NCBI RefSeq assembly: GCF_036321535.1
Contig: NC_087436.1
Location: 6,510,001 to 6,574,000 of the forward strand
Direction of reading: 5' to 3'
Source of the DNA: Camelus dromedarius
Lineage: Eukaryota
DNA: 64,000 bases
The position numbers and the translations under genes are program-made. Position 1 is the stretch's first letter, and each line of letters begins with the position of its first letter. A model generated the notes under the pieces. It ran no database searches, was not told the DNA's origin, and worked only from the letters and a program-made list of their open reading frames with translations. Shown one piece after another: positions 12,301-24,166 of the stretch.

Positions 12301-13295
12301 TCAGTATCAAAACAAACAAACCACCCAATCAAAAAATTGGCAGAAGATCTAAATAAATATTTCTCCAAAGAAGACACACAGATGGCCAATATGTCATATG
12401 GTATTTGTCTTTCTCTGTCTGACTTACTTCACTTAGAATGATGCTCAGCATTGGTAAATATTAGAGAAATACAAATCAAAACTATGATGAAGTTACCACC
12501 TCACACTGGTCAGAACAGCCATCATTAAAATGTCCACAAATAATAGATGCTGGAGAGGGTGTGGAGAAAAGGAAAACTTCTACACTGTTGGTGGGAGTGT
12601 AAATTGGTACAACGACTATGGAGGACAGTATGGATGTTCCTCTAAAAACTAAAAGTAGAGTTGCCATATAATCCGGCAAGCCCACTCCTGGGCATATATC
12701 CAAAGGGAACTTTAATTGGAAAAGACACACACACCTCAATGTTCACAGCAGCACTACTGACAATAGCCGAGACATGGAAACCTAAATGTCCATCAACAGA
12801 TGACTGGATAAAGAAGTTGTGGTATATATGTACAATGGAATACTACTCTGCCATAAAAATGAATGAAATAAGGCTATGTGCAGCAGCATAGATGGAGCTG
12901 GAGATCATCATTCTAAGTGAAATAAGTCAGACAGAGAAAAACAAATACCATATGACATCACTTCTATATGGAATCTTAAAAAAAGACACAAATGAACTTA
13001 TTTAGAGAACAGAAACAGACTCAGACATAGAAAACAAACATGGTTACTGGAAGGGGAAAGGGGATGGAGGAGAGATAAATTAGGAGCTTGGGATTAGCAG
13101 ATACTAACTACTGTATATAAAACAGATAAACAATAAGGTTCTATTGTACAGCACAGGGAATATATTCAATATCCTGTAATAAACAGTAATGGAAAAGAAT
13201 ATGAAAAGGGAAATATATATAATTGCATCACCATACTGTACACCAGACGCTAACATTCATTGTAAATCAGCTATACTTCAGTAAACAAGAAAGGG
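9365..13295 (+). mobile_element. LINE-1 (ORF1 3' part, degraded ORF2 with internal deletions, 3' UTR)
   Basis: ORF2 peptides [30 protein letters not shown] and [16 protein letters not shown]; many frameshifts. Confidence 0.95.
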
Positions 13296-14759
13296 TAAAG
13301 AGGGGCACGCTAGACATTGAGAACCGCTGACCCAAGCCCGAGTGAGGAGAAAATAAGGAGGGCACACGACCCAGTAGCCACAGCAGAAATAAACTGGAAT
13401 CAGGATTTCAACGTGGCGTGCCAGCATTCTAACCTGCTCATACAACTCAATAACAGACTCCATTATTATCAAATTGTTTAGTTTCTGTAAGAAGAACTGA
13501 CACTCTACTAGCTGCAAATACCAAAAGAGGGAGCTGTGCCCAAAGCCTCAGAGATGCGCAGCTGAGATGCTGCTGCTGTCTGTGCGGCAGGAGACTGGAA
13601 CTTCCCGGAAACGATGTCAGAATTTCACGCCGCCTGCACAGTCCAGGTGATACAAAGTATTAGATGTAGTTATTTCTTCTGGCTTCTCATTGCTTTAATT
13701 TCCTTCACCAGATGTGCTTTTTTCCTTCTTTTTATAGTATCTGGATAATTTATGCTCCCTGGGCTGTTCATTTTTAAGACATCCATATTTAAATTTGGTT
13801 TGATGCTTATTAAATTAAGTCAGAAAGTTGACCCTTTTCAGAATATGTAACCTTCACGCATATTTGAATAAGCAACATTAAATATATTTGCAGTCATATA
13901 AAATACAATATCTTAGACATAAATAAAAGAAGAACGCACAGCTAAAAATCTCTTTAAGAGTGATCATTTACAGCTTAGTATGTTGTCAAATAAAAAACCT
14001 TTTTTCTGAAACGGGGAACTTTGTTCTTAATTAGACCTTTTAGAAAAATAGCTCCAAAACCCTCTTCCTTATTCCCTTAAACTATTTAAATATTGACACT
14101 AATAATAATTATAGAAGTGGAGAAATAAGTCAAATGGAAACAGCGGTAATAAAATTTAAGGAAGTCACTAAAAAATGAAATGCCATCAAATAAATTAAAC
14201 TGACTCCCCATGTACTGACCTATAATATAAACTCATTATATTTAGAAAGAACTGTTAGTTTTGTATCATCACAAACATTCGAAACAAGTAGTCTTACGTT
14301 TCCAGTTCTCTTTGAAAATCCATAAAAAATAAAATCATATTAAATATTAAAAAATAAAATATCTCAAACAAAAACATAAGACATCAAAATCATTGAACAT
14401 TTTTCATGGACACAATGCAAGGAGAAGTTTTAATCAAGTTTGATTAAAGCTCGATTAAAGTTTCTATCTGAATTCACAGAGATCATTTTCCTTCTAAAAT
14501 ATTTGGGCAATACATAGTCTATTACTCTGGAGCTGACATCTTTTTCATTCTATCACAGGAATCGTTTACATTTGATTGGACTCCAGACTAGGGGAGTCCT
14601 GGTCAAAACTGACTGCAGCATTTTCACAAATCTGATCCTTACTGATAAACTCAATATGGAAATATACAAATTTTTTCCCTGAATTACGTGGTTTGATATA
14701 ACTCCCAAATGATTTTGCCATATATCATTAACACATTTTTTTTGTATCTCTCAAGGACC

Positions 14760-15170
14760 TTTATGCACCAAATAACAGTTTTAAAATTCAAAAAGGTAAA
14801 GCTGCAGAAGTACAAGTAGAACAGAAAAACGACAACAATAAAACCCCTAGCTCAGCATACGATCGATTAAGGAGATAGAAAAATAAGTAACAATATGAAG
14901 GCCTAAGGCACAATCTCACAGAACTTACAGGTAGATATTGAATTCAATACCCTCAAAATAAAAACAACTTTTCAAAAATTCCTTTAAGCATTTATAAAAA
15001 TTTACATACGTTAAGCTATAAAAATTCAATAAATTCACAAATGTAGAAACAACACAGAACAAATTATCTGATCACAAGTTAGTAAAATTATTTTTACTAA
15101 CTTGTTTACAGGAAACAATAAAACATAAAATCCTCACAGCCGTCTAGAAATTCAAAATTCTCTGGTAAAA
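14760..15170 (+). mobile_element. very old LINE-1 ORF2 (endonuclease region) remnant
   Basis: A-rich, with degenerate motifs such as ttatctgatcacaa and tctagaaattcaaaa. Confidence 0.4.
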
Positions 15171-15841
15171 AACATTTTTGCTACTAACCTATTTTTTATC
15201 TGTACCCAGAACTATCACAGATGCCATCAGAATAGAGGCCAAAAAAAAAAAAAAATCTTTAACAGTCACATGCGCAGTGTTTAGTCCAACAGTGACAAAT
15301 CGAAAAAAGAGGAACTTCTCACTTTTCCAGCTAAAACTCTGAGATACTTGGGAGAATATGCCTGGGTAAATACCAAAGGAACCTGGTTACAAAAAGATAA
15401 GGACTCAAGTTCATGAATTATTTTTGTCCATCTCAAACTGAGTTCTAACTCAATAGTAAAAATGAAATATTAAAATAGCATCAAATTATCAGATGCTACA
15501 GAATTTATTGATTATATCCAGGTTTTTATTTAAAAGGAACGTTTGCATTTCCAGATTAGAATGTGCTAGCACCCCTCCTTCTGCATTGTAAACAGATGTC
15601 TCTATGGAGAAGGCTCCCATCACGGTCACACCAGCCCAGCCTCATCCCCCTGCTGGAGGCAGGCTGAATCCCTCTACCATGAAGACCCAAGTTCAGGGGC
15701 TCCCCGCGGGAGGCTCTAAACATCACTCCTGCTCTGCACGCTCACAGCCTTGCCTATAGGGAGAGGATGTCACTATTTCCACATCTGTACTTCGTTGATC
15801 CACAGGGAAAACAGAAACCTCTTATAGTACATTTTGGGTGA

Positions 15842-16005
15842 TGTATTATGTTAGCGTCTGCTAAAAATGCATGTCCACCAGGAACCTTAGAATGTGGAAA
15901 TAAGGTCTTTGTGGATATAGTGAAGGTGAGGGGCTTCTGGCTTCCCCTGGTTCCGCCCAGGCAGAGGGAAGGGAAGGAAGACCCTTCCCCTCCGGGTCTC
16001 TGGTC
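15842..16005 (+). mobile_element. MaLR (MLT1-like) LTR fragment
   Basis: ggaaccttagaatgtggaaataaggtctttgtggatatagtgaaggtgagg. Confidence 0.55.
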
Positions 16006-17604
16006 CAGCTCTCCTGTCCAGTCTAGAAACAGCAAAGCCCAGCTCTTTTTTTTTCCCCCACGTCTATGGCCAATGCTGAAACAATCAAATACTTAGAATT
16101 CGACTCCTTTGTTATCTGCAGACTGCTGTGTCATCCCTTCCCCAAAGCAATGCAAGTGGATAATTCTAGCCTCCTGCATAGGAAAAAGGCTGAGTGCAAG
16201 GAATGCAAAGGAAAGAAAACTTTAATACCCCAGAATATTTGCCTGTCACTGGCTGGCACTTACTAATAATCTCTGAGTAGTAGGTAAACAGTATTTTTTA
16301 TGGGTGTGATGGTGAGGATATATGCTTTTTAATAGGATTGTAAGACTGTCTGAAGTGTATTCAAGGATCCTTTTAATTGTGATTTGGACCTGCATTTAAA
16401 ATTCTGGAATGCTAAACGGTCTTTCATTTCCTCAATACAGCTTTTCACACAGCTGTCAGGATGAAGGCAGTGCCAGATAGTCTGTCGTAGAACTTAGCTG
16501 TTCTCATTTTAGAATTAAAGGTGACAGTTCGTCTCTTTTAAGGTTAAAAACACAGGCGAAAAGTAGCACGGGTCATAAATATGTGTATTAATACACAACT
16601 ATGCATTGTAAGTTCAAAAACGGCTGGTTTTCTATTTATTATTCTCAAAATAGCACTGGAAATACCTAAGGAGCTGAGCCTTGGCTTTTTTTTTTATAAA
16701 AGACAAACCTCATTTTAACCCCAATAGGTTTATCTGTTGTATCCAGCAACGCGTAAATGACGTTTGAGTTCACGGCACAAAGACTTCCAACACAGAAGGC
16801 TCCCTACAGAATAGGCACAAAAGGAAGTTTCTGTATTGGCCCTGATTGCCTTTAAAATATGCCCAGGATAATGTTACACCTTCCACTTCTTCAAAGAGTT
16901 GCCTCTAAAGGTACTAAGAACCAGAAAGAGGCATATGCATTCTGTCCAGCAGACGACTGCTGTCACTCAGATTCAAGGAGCTCTCACACTACGGGTTTGA
17001 TGACTTTTCTGCCAGGCCAGGCGACACCCCAGGGCCTCTTCTGATGGCCCAGGGCACCTCTACTCTGGGGACCGTTACCTTCTGAGAAAAACATGCTCCA
17101 CTCACTGTGTCCCCGGAATAGGTGCTGAGAACCGAGTTAATACCTCCGCTGCGCGTCAATCCAATTAGAAATTAACCACCTATTCATTCATTCATCAATC
17201 AGCAATAGGATGTATGCCTTCATTCTGATAAAAGTGCAGACCCTTTCACACACAGCCTCACGGCATCCTCTCTTACAGAGGCATGTGACAGAGGAACAAG
17301 TTCCTCGGCTTCTGAATATTCAAAATCCAAACCTCGAAGGAACCCGGGAACGGTGAATGTCTGGGAGGCATAGCAGCCTCCTGCCGGCTGGAGAGAAGCC
17401 GGGTCCTGCTCCCCACCCCCAGAAACACTGATCCCTGATGGGGCGGGTAGGCTGCGGGGCAGGGCGGGGTGGAGCCCAGAAACTAGCGTTTTAACCCATA
17501 GATGAATGTCACACCTGTTAAAATTTTGAAATGATCCCCTTCCCAATGCAGACAATTTTATTACCGAATTCAGCACACCTGGAAAGTAATCAGTTAGTCC
17601 GGAG

Positions 17605-17791
17605 CAGTGATTTTCAAACCTGAGTAGGAGTCAGGGTGGCTGGAGGGCTTGTTAAAACACAGAATGCGGGCCCCTTCTACAGAGTTCCTAATTAAAAGCC
17701 CCTGGCATGGGGCCCAAGAATTTGCTTTTCTTTGAAGTCCCCACATGATGCCGATACTACCTGCCCTGAATCTGCACTTTGAAAACCACTC
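17605..17791. mobile_element. MER5A-like hAT MITE
   Basis: Terminal inverted repeats cagtgattttcaaa / tttgaaaaccact; internal ggggcccaagaatttgc. Confidence 0.8.
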
Positions 17792-18330
17792 CTCTGGGAC
17801 CTGCTATTTCTCGTACAAATGCAAAAGCAAACACTTCCCAAAATGTGGTCAAAGGTGTCATATAAACAGGGTTACACAAACTTTAAAGATATTTCTTTAA
17901 GCCTGAGTTCCCTGTCCTCATACTAGCATGCATTATCAATTCCAAAGGGGGACCACAGGATGAAGCATTTCCCAAGGATATTTAATCACAGAACTCTCCT
18001 CTCAAGGAGAATCCTGGGAAACTGAGGAAACCCTAATGTAGCACCGTAACAAAGCATGGAGTGCATTTGAGGGACTCGAACCTCTCCCATTCCCACCCAG
18101 ACCTCATCCCTTGACACCCCCTGCCCCCCACCTCCACAATGCCAATGCCAGGGAGTCTGAGCGTGCAGAGGAGAGTGATGCCCTCTCTAGAATTCAGATT
18201 GGTGTGTCTAACCCACTTTTCCATTAAACTCAATTATAACTAACATTTGGTGCAGACGAAATAAAGATTTACCATTTCATATACTTTGTGAGAGCTAGTA
18301 AACAGCCATATTTTATATTAAAAGTACTTT

Positions 18331-18708
18331 ATTTTTTGTGGGGTTTTTTTGTATTGTTTTAGTTTGGTTTTGGTTTTTGGTTTTTTGTTGTTGTTGTTTT
18401 TAATAGACTTCATTCTTTTAGAGCAGTTTTAGGTTCACAACAGAATTGAGCAGAAAATACAGAGTTCCCACATAGCCCTCCCCACTCACACATATACACT
18501 CCGCTACCCTCAGCATCCCTCATCCATGTGGCACATTTGGTACAATTGATGAACCAACATGGGCACATTACTATCAACCAAAGTCCATGGTTTACATTAG
18601 GGCTCACTCTTGATGTACATTCTATGAGCTTTGACAAATGCATAATGACATGTAGCCACCACTATAGTATCACACAGAATAATTTCATTGCCCTAAAAAT
18701 CCCTTGTG
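18331..18708 (-). mobile_element. LINE-1 3' end (L1MC-like) with degenerate (TTTTG)n tail
   Basis: tttagagcagttttaggttcaca..aattgagcagaaaatacagagttccca motif; imperfect flanking repeat tattaaaa(g)tRcttta. Confidence 0.75.
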
Positions 18709-18820
18709 CTATTAAAATGCTTTAGAAGTCACTGAGGTAATAAAAATACACAGGTCAAAAGACTAATTTCTGTCAGACTCTCTTAAGGAGGTAAAATATA
18801 TATGTTAATAGGCATAGCAT

Positions 18821-18907
18821 TTATTTTTAAAGCATGTACTGGGGACTGAACCCAGGACCTCCTGCATGCCGAGTGTGCGCTCTACCAGTGAGCTATACCC
18901 TCCTCCC
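18821..18907 (-). mobile_element. tRNA-derived SINE (camelid Vic-1-like), short
   Basis: Reverse complement gggtatagctcactggtagagcg...gaggtcctgggttcagtccccagtac contains Pol III A and B boxes. Confidence 0.8.
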
Positions 18908-20340
18908 TAAACAGTACAGTATGAAGCAAGTTACAATAAGAGTAACAAGAGATACGTGCATGCCCTTAAACTTGGGACCACTCCCATTAATCTCGAGTGT
19001 TTGGACTACCAGACTGACCCTCAACAGTCAGCAACTTTAGTAAGGAAAAAACAACAAAAAACAGCTCCCTCCAATTGCCAGGATGTTTCTGATACTAAAT
19101 GTAGCTGTCCCCCACTGCCATGTGACAAGGGCTGCGCTGGAGAAAATCCCACACTGCGGTTCTCCCAGAACTCTCTGCAAGACTCCTCTAGCGCCATTTG
19201 CGGAAAATACAGTTCACCGCTCCCCATGCTGACCAAACAGATCACAATCTCCAGCGGAGGAGCCTGGAAATCTGTGTTCTGGTTAAGTGTCCCAGTTCCC
19301 AAATTTTATGATTGCATGAGGAAGGCTGGGTTTTCTCTGAAGTGTCTTGGAGGGCCGAGACCCACTCTTTCATTCATTCATCCACTTATTCATTCATTCA
19401 TTCATTTATTGAATTAACAAGTATTTATTGAGCTCATGCCACAGGTAAGACAGGATTTTTCTTGGTCTATGTCATTCATTTTTATTCACAGCATCATTAT
19501 ATCATTTTTTAGCTTTTTTAGGAAAAAAACTATTTTTGGAAAATATATATATATTTAATCAATGCTGTTCATATACCACTACCCACACCCCTAGAAGCCG
19601 TGTCCCCTAACACAGTGTCCTCTTTAGTACCCTGCCCTATGCACAGCTCTGTGATTCCTCAGGGAAAATCGGAGAATCAGTTTCAGTGGGATCGTTACTA
19701 AAGGGTGAAGTCATCCCGCTCACTGCCCACTACGTCCTTAAAATATGAGGGATATAGGGCTTAAAATATAGAAACACACATACCAAAAGCTGTTCTCTTA
19801 AGAAAGCTAGCTTTCCAACTTTGCAGTTTGGGCCACATCTCCTATGTTCCGTATCCCTGCCTTCTGGTGAGAGGAAGTCATGGGTGGGAAGGAGAGAATG
19901 CTTCGGGAAGGCAGGCAGGAAGGTGAATACCCCTTAGTAAAGAGCTTGTTTGTTTGAAGACGTTGCTATTTAAAAAGGGGTCTCCCCACAAAATATGTGG
20001 TCTGCTTTGGGGAAATACAAGCAGTCTTGTCCCCTTTCCTTCAGATTCTCAAATTCCCCCTTTCTTTCTCCTTCTTAGCCTGGCTTTTCAACTGCATGTG
20101 TGTGTCGAGGTACAACAGGGCAGAAAAGGAGAGGAAGGAACAGGATTCAGGAAGAGACAGAGAGGAGATGGGAATGTCAACTACAACACCATTTGGATCT
20201 GCTGCACCAAAGCTTTGCAAATACGCCATGCGGAGTGAGCCCCTTTTAGACAGAAGGACAAGAGAGAGGTGGTGGGGAACGAAGGATCAGGAGAGGCCAC
20301 CAAGGCCCACAGTTTTGAGCCCTGCATCACCTATTATTTA

Positions 20341-20486
20341 AATTTTTTTAACTTGTAATTTTTGGGGGGAGGGAGAGGTAATTAGGTTTTATAACTTATT
20401 TTTGTTTTGATGGAGGCACTGGGGATTGGACCCAGGACCTTGTGCGTGCTAAGCACGTGCTCCATCACTAAGCTATAACCTCCCCC
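20341..20486 (-). mobile_element. tRNA-derived SINE (camelid Vic-1-like)
   Basis: Same family as 41978-42100, including the aacctaattacctc tail motif. Confidence 0.85.
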
Positions 20487-21192
20487 GCTCCCCGTACCAT
20501 CTATTAATGGTTAAAATGCCACAGATTCAACCAGTTCACTTGTGAAAGCTCAGTTGCATACAGGGCCTGCTGGAGAACCAGGGAAGGAGAAGCAACAACT
20601 TCTGGAGGTCAGCCAGCCTCCCTGTCTCACGAATGTCACAGCAGCCGGGAAAGGCCACCCGCAGAAACAGGCCTGGCTCTGGGACACGGTCACCACAATG
20701 AAGTGCCACTGCTGTGACTCAGGTCCAGGTAGCTGTGTCAGGAACACGAATGTGACCATGAACGCCACCCCTCCTCCCCCAGCAAGGCCTCGGCAGCCTG
20801 CAGGGTAGAGTCCTTCGGACCCTCTTCACCCTTGCCCTACAGATACACAAAACCTCGCTTATAAAAATAATCGGTTCCTCAACATATCCAGAGCCAAATG
20901 ACTTCTCCTACTCACATATTTTACCTGCAGCATTTATAAATGGATAAAAAAAAATCATAACATTAGCACAAAAATTAATTTGTTAAAAAACTTTTTTAGT
21001 AATACCTTAATGATTAGCAATACTTTCATGGATTCCATGGATAATGATAATGACGAACTTAAATTCTAGTTAGTAACTACTTCTGGTTGTTAAATACATT
21101 TTTGTGTAATTCACACAATGCTGGTGTAAGAGCCTCTAGAGTGAAAATGAAACAGGCAACAGAAAAATAGGTAACAGTAATAGCTAAATGTT

Positions 21193-21429
21193 TTTTAAAT
21201 TTTTTAATTGAAGTATAGTTGCTTTACAGTGTTGTGTTAGTTTCTGGTATACAGCATAGTGATTCAGTTATACGTGTATATGTATATATATTATTTTTCA
21301 GATTCTTTTCCATTAGAGAATAAGATATTGAATATAGTTTCCTATACTATACATTAGGTCCTTGTTGTTTATCTATTTTATATACAGTAGTGTGTATATG
21401 TTAATCCCAAACTCCTAATTTATCCCTCC
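21193..21429 (-). mobile_element. 5'-truncated LINE-1 3' end with TSD
   Basis: TSD cagtaatagctaaat at 21175-21189 and 21430-21444. Confidence 0.9.
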
Positions 21430-21569
21430 CAGTAATAGCTAAATATTTAAAGGCAGTGTCACATAAAAGTTGGAATTGTATAGGTAGAATATAAACTGAT
21501 TAAATAATCTTTGGGGCCTATAAAAGATTTAAATAATTTTATTTTAATTTTCAGGTATTTTTAATAATT

Positions 21570-21690
21570 CTGTTTCTTAGTCAAATCACTTAAACGTCTC
21601 AGAATCAGTTTTTTCAACCTGTAAGTAGAGTTGACAATAATGGCCAAATAGAGTTACTATGAGGATAAAATAAAGTAATAACACAGGTAC
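21570..21690 (+). mobile_element. MIR fragment
   Basis: ttagtcaaatcacttaaacgtctcagaatcagttttttcaacctgtaa core. Confidence 0.55.
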
Positions 21691-23047
21691 TTGCTGAATA
21701 TTAGTCCTCTCAGCGCTAAGTGCTAATATTCAAAATCTCCATTAAAAAATGGGGGAATTTAAGTCTCTCCTAGAATTTTCCTTTCTTGTATCTAAAGATA
21801 TGAACTAAGTTTTTAAAAGTAAAAACTTGCCTAAAAGTCAACAAACTCAGCCAACCCAGGAAAGGGGGACAATCCAAATGCGGTAAACTTCACACTTGAC
21901 ATCGGAGGAAACAAAGAGGTGTTTCTGGAGCCCAGGAAAGCTGAGCGGTCTACTCTGACCCCACTCCCAGAATCCACTTGGAAGATGGGGGAAAATTCGG
22001 GAAAGCATCACCCATGTTACCACAGTGAGACCACGGAACTAAATTACACTCACGCTCGTGGGTTTAGGAAAAAAAATGCACTGCCTTGTTCTAAATCATG
22101 AGACTCCGCCTGGGCTCTGAAAACTAACAAAATCCAGTCACACTTAAACAACATTTTAATTCAACAATTCAGTCAGTCTCTATATCTATCAGGGTTTAAT
22201 GCAAGAAAGAGAACTCACTCTAGGTCTGTTAAACAGAAATTAGATACTTAGAAAATTCTCAGAAGGGATGGAGGTGTGGGCCGCAGCCACTGGTGGCAGG
22301 GGACCCAGGAACTCAGCACCAGGGCTCCCATCCGGAGACTGACGGCTGCCCACACCATCACTGGCCCAGCTGCCCCAACCAGCGCAACATGTGAACTGAT
22401 CCCATGTTACACAGTAGATACAGTGCAGGCTAAAAACGTAATTTTGAAATCCTTTGATAAGAATTAAAACCATGGATATGATTAAGTCAAGTTCACCAAA
22501 TCCAAGCAAACTGAACAAAATTTTAATACCTGGTCTTAGTCTCAGGCTTGAATTATACATATGTGCAGAAACAACTCATAAAATCAATGCTAGATTTAAT
22601 ACTTTTATGGAAGAAGGATAAACTTTTATCATTTCTATCATCTGTTTATATATTTATGCATCCTTAAAGAGTCTTAGCAGCAATCTGAAAAAATTTTGGA
22701 ACCTCTGGAAAGGGTCATGTTCAAACTCGCCCCCCCCCACCACAGGGGGATGAAGGCTTGTGCCATCTGCAGATGATACAGGGAAGTTGGTCCTGCCTCC
22801 CCATTCACTGTCCACTCCACCACATGAATGGCTTCATGGTCTCATGTTTAAAAATAACTGAAAAGGTCATGAGGAATTTTGTGAGGAAAAAATTTCTTTT
22901 CTCCCCCAACTCAGTGAAGACTTTTACTATTATTTGTTTGATTTTATTTAAAAAATTTATGCAAGAGTTTAATATTAAAATCAGAAAATATAGATGAGAA
23001 AATCTGTAAGGGCTCAGAGGATAAACACTCAGTGCGATCTGTGATAT

Positions 23048-23593
23048 TGTTACCCCAAAAGGTGAAGAAAAGACCCCAGTCCTTGTCTCACCTGAAAGAC
23101 AAGACTACAGACAGGAGGCGGAGTGTGTTGTATAGCAAAGGATTTATTTAAGAAAAGGAAAAGTGCACCTCCAAGAACAGGAGGCGGGCTCATCCAAGGG
23201 AAGGAAAGCGGCAGTCTTTGTCTGCTCCCCTTTCCCTTACACCCTTGCTCAGAGGTGATCTTTTGATTGATTGACAGCTCTTGCCCCTGGAGTGCTCAGT
23301 CATGTTTGTCCCGCTTTGCGCATGTCCTTACCCACGAGGCACACAGAGAAACCCCTGGTGGGGCTCAACTGCAGTGTTAATTATAATACAGTGAGCACTG
23401 GGTCATGTCCGGTTAGGTCCTTGTCACTGCCGCGTAGTCACAGCTGTCGGGTTCTAACCAGTTTCTTGCTGGCACTCATTTAGAGGAAGTAAAGCCCCTT
23501 AATGCTGGAGGTGGGCACCATGCCATCGTCTGGACCATTCTCTCTCTCCTCCACCTGTCTGCCCAGTGCCCCCACTTATCTAACTACCTAGCA
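23048..23593 (-). mobile_element. solo ERV LTR (~546 bp)
   Basis: TG...CA termini (tgtta / tagca); 4-bp flanks ATAT/ATAC; AATAAA on the minus strand at 23143-23148. Confidence 0.75.
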
Positions 23594-24061
23594 ATACCAC
23601 CATGCCTTTGAAAAAAAGAAAAGAAGAATGAGATGGTGCCGGTCATGTTATTTTTTTTTCTTTTCCTATTTAACAATCATGGCCATTTATCTATCCACGT
23701 TAATACATCTCCAATATCAGGTTAAACAACTGAAGACAATTAACCGTAATTAATAGGCTAAGAACAGTGCGCTGGGTCTCAGTACATCTAAAGTGCTGTT
23801 TGTTGAAATCTGGTTGGAACACTTGCTGAAGAATCCCCTACAGTGCCTGTTAAAAATGGAGACGAGGAGATCCATCTCAGATCTATGAAATCAGCAACTC
23901 CAGGTGGGGGCCAGCAACTCACAGTGTTGACAAGCCCCCGGGCGATGTCTCCCTCTCTAAGTCTGCCGACCACCTGTTTATTTTAAGGCGGACCTGTTTT
24001 CCCCAACACCCCAGAATATTTCTGTTTTCTTCAACTTTTCTGCTCTCTGATTTTATTTTAG

Positions 24062-24166
24062 GAGACAACAATGGATGGTCTGAGCAACTTGACAAATATT
24101 TTGCCAATTACTACAAAATTATTACGACATCTCCGTACCCATTTGAGGCAAGAACATCTGAATGCC
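24062..24166 (+). CDS. RXFP1: RXFP1 exon 3: LDLa-LRR linker
   Basis: tag|GAGAC...TGCC|gtaagt, 105 nt; GDNNGWSEQLDKYFANYYKIITTSPYPFEARTSEC, with the GDxxGW motif. Confidence 0.95.

Noticed and set aside
818..12891. ORFs with reverse transcriptase or endonuclease-like peptides as a novel RT system
   Set aside because: They are frameshifted LINE-1 ORF2 remnants, and the catalytic motif is deleted in the longest copy.
18956..20808. Intronic ORFs of 90-153 aa as nested genes
   Set aside because: No recognisable domains, mostly non-ATG starts, and no supporting splice structure; lengths are compatible with chance.
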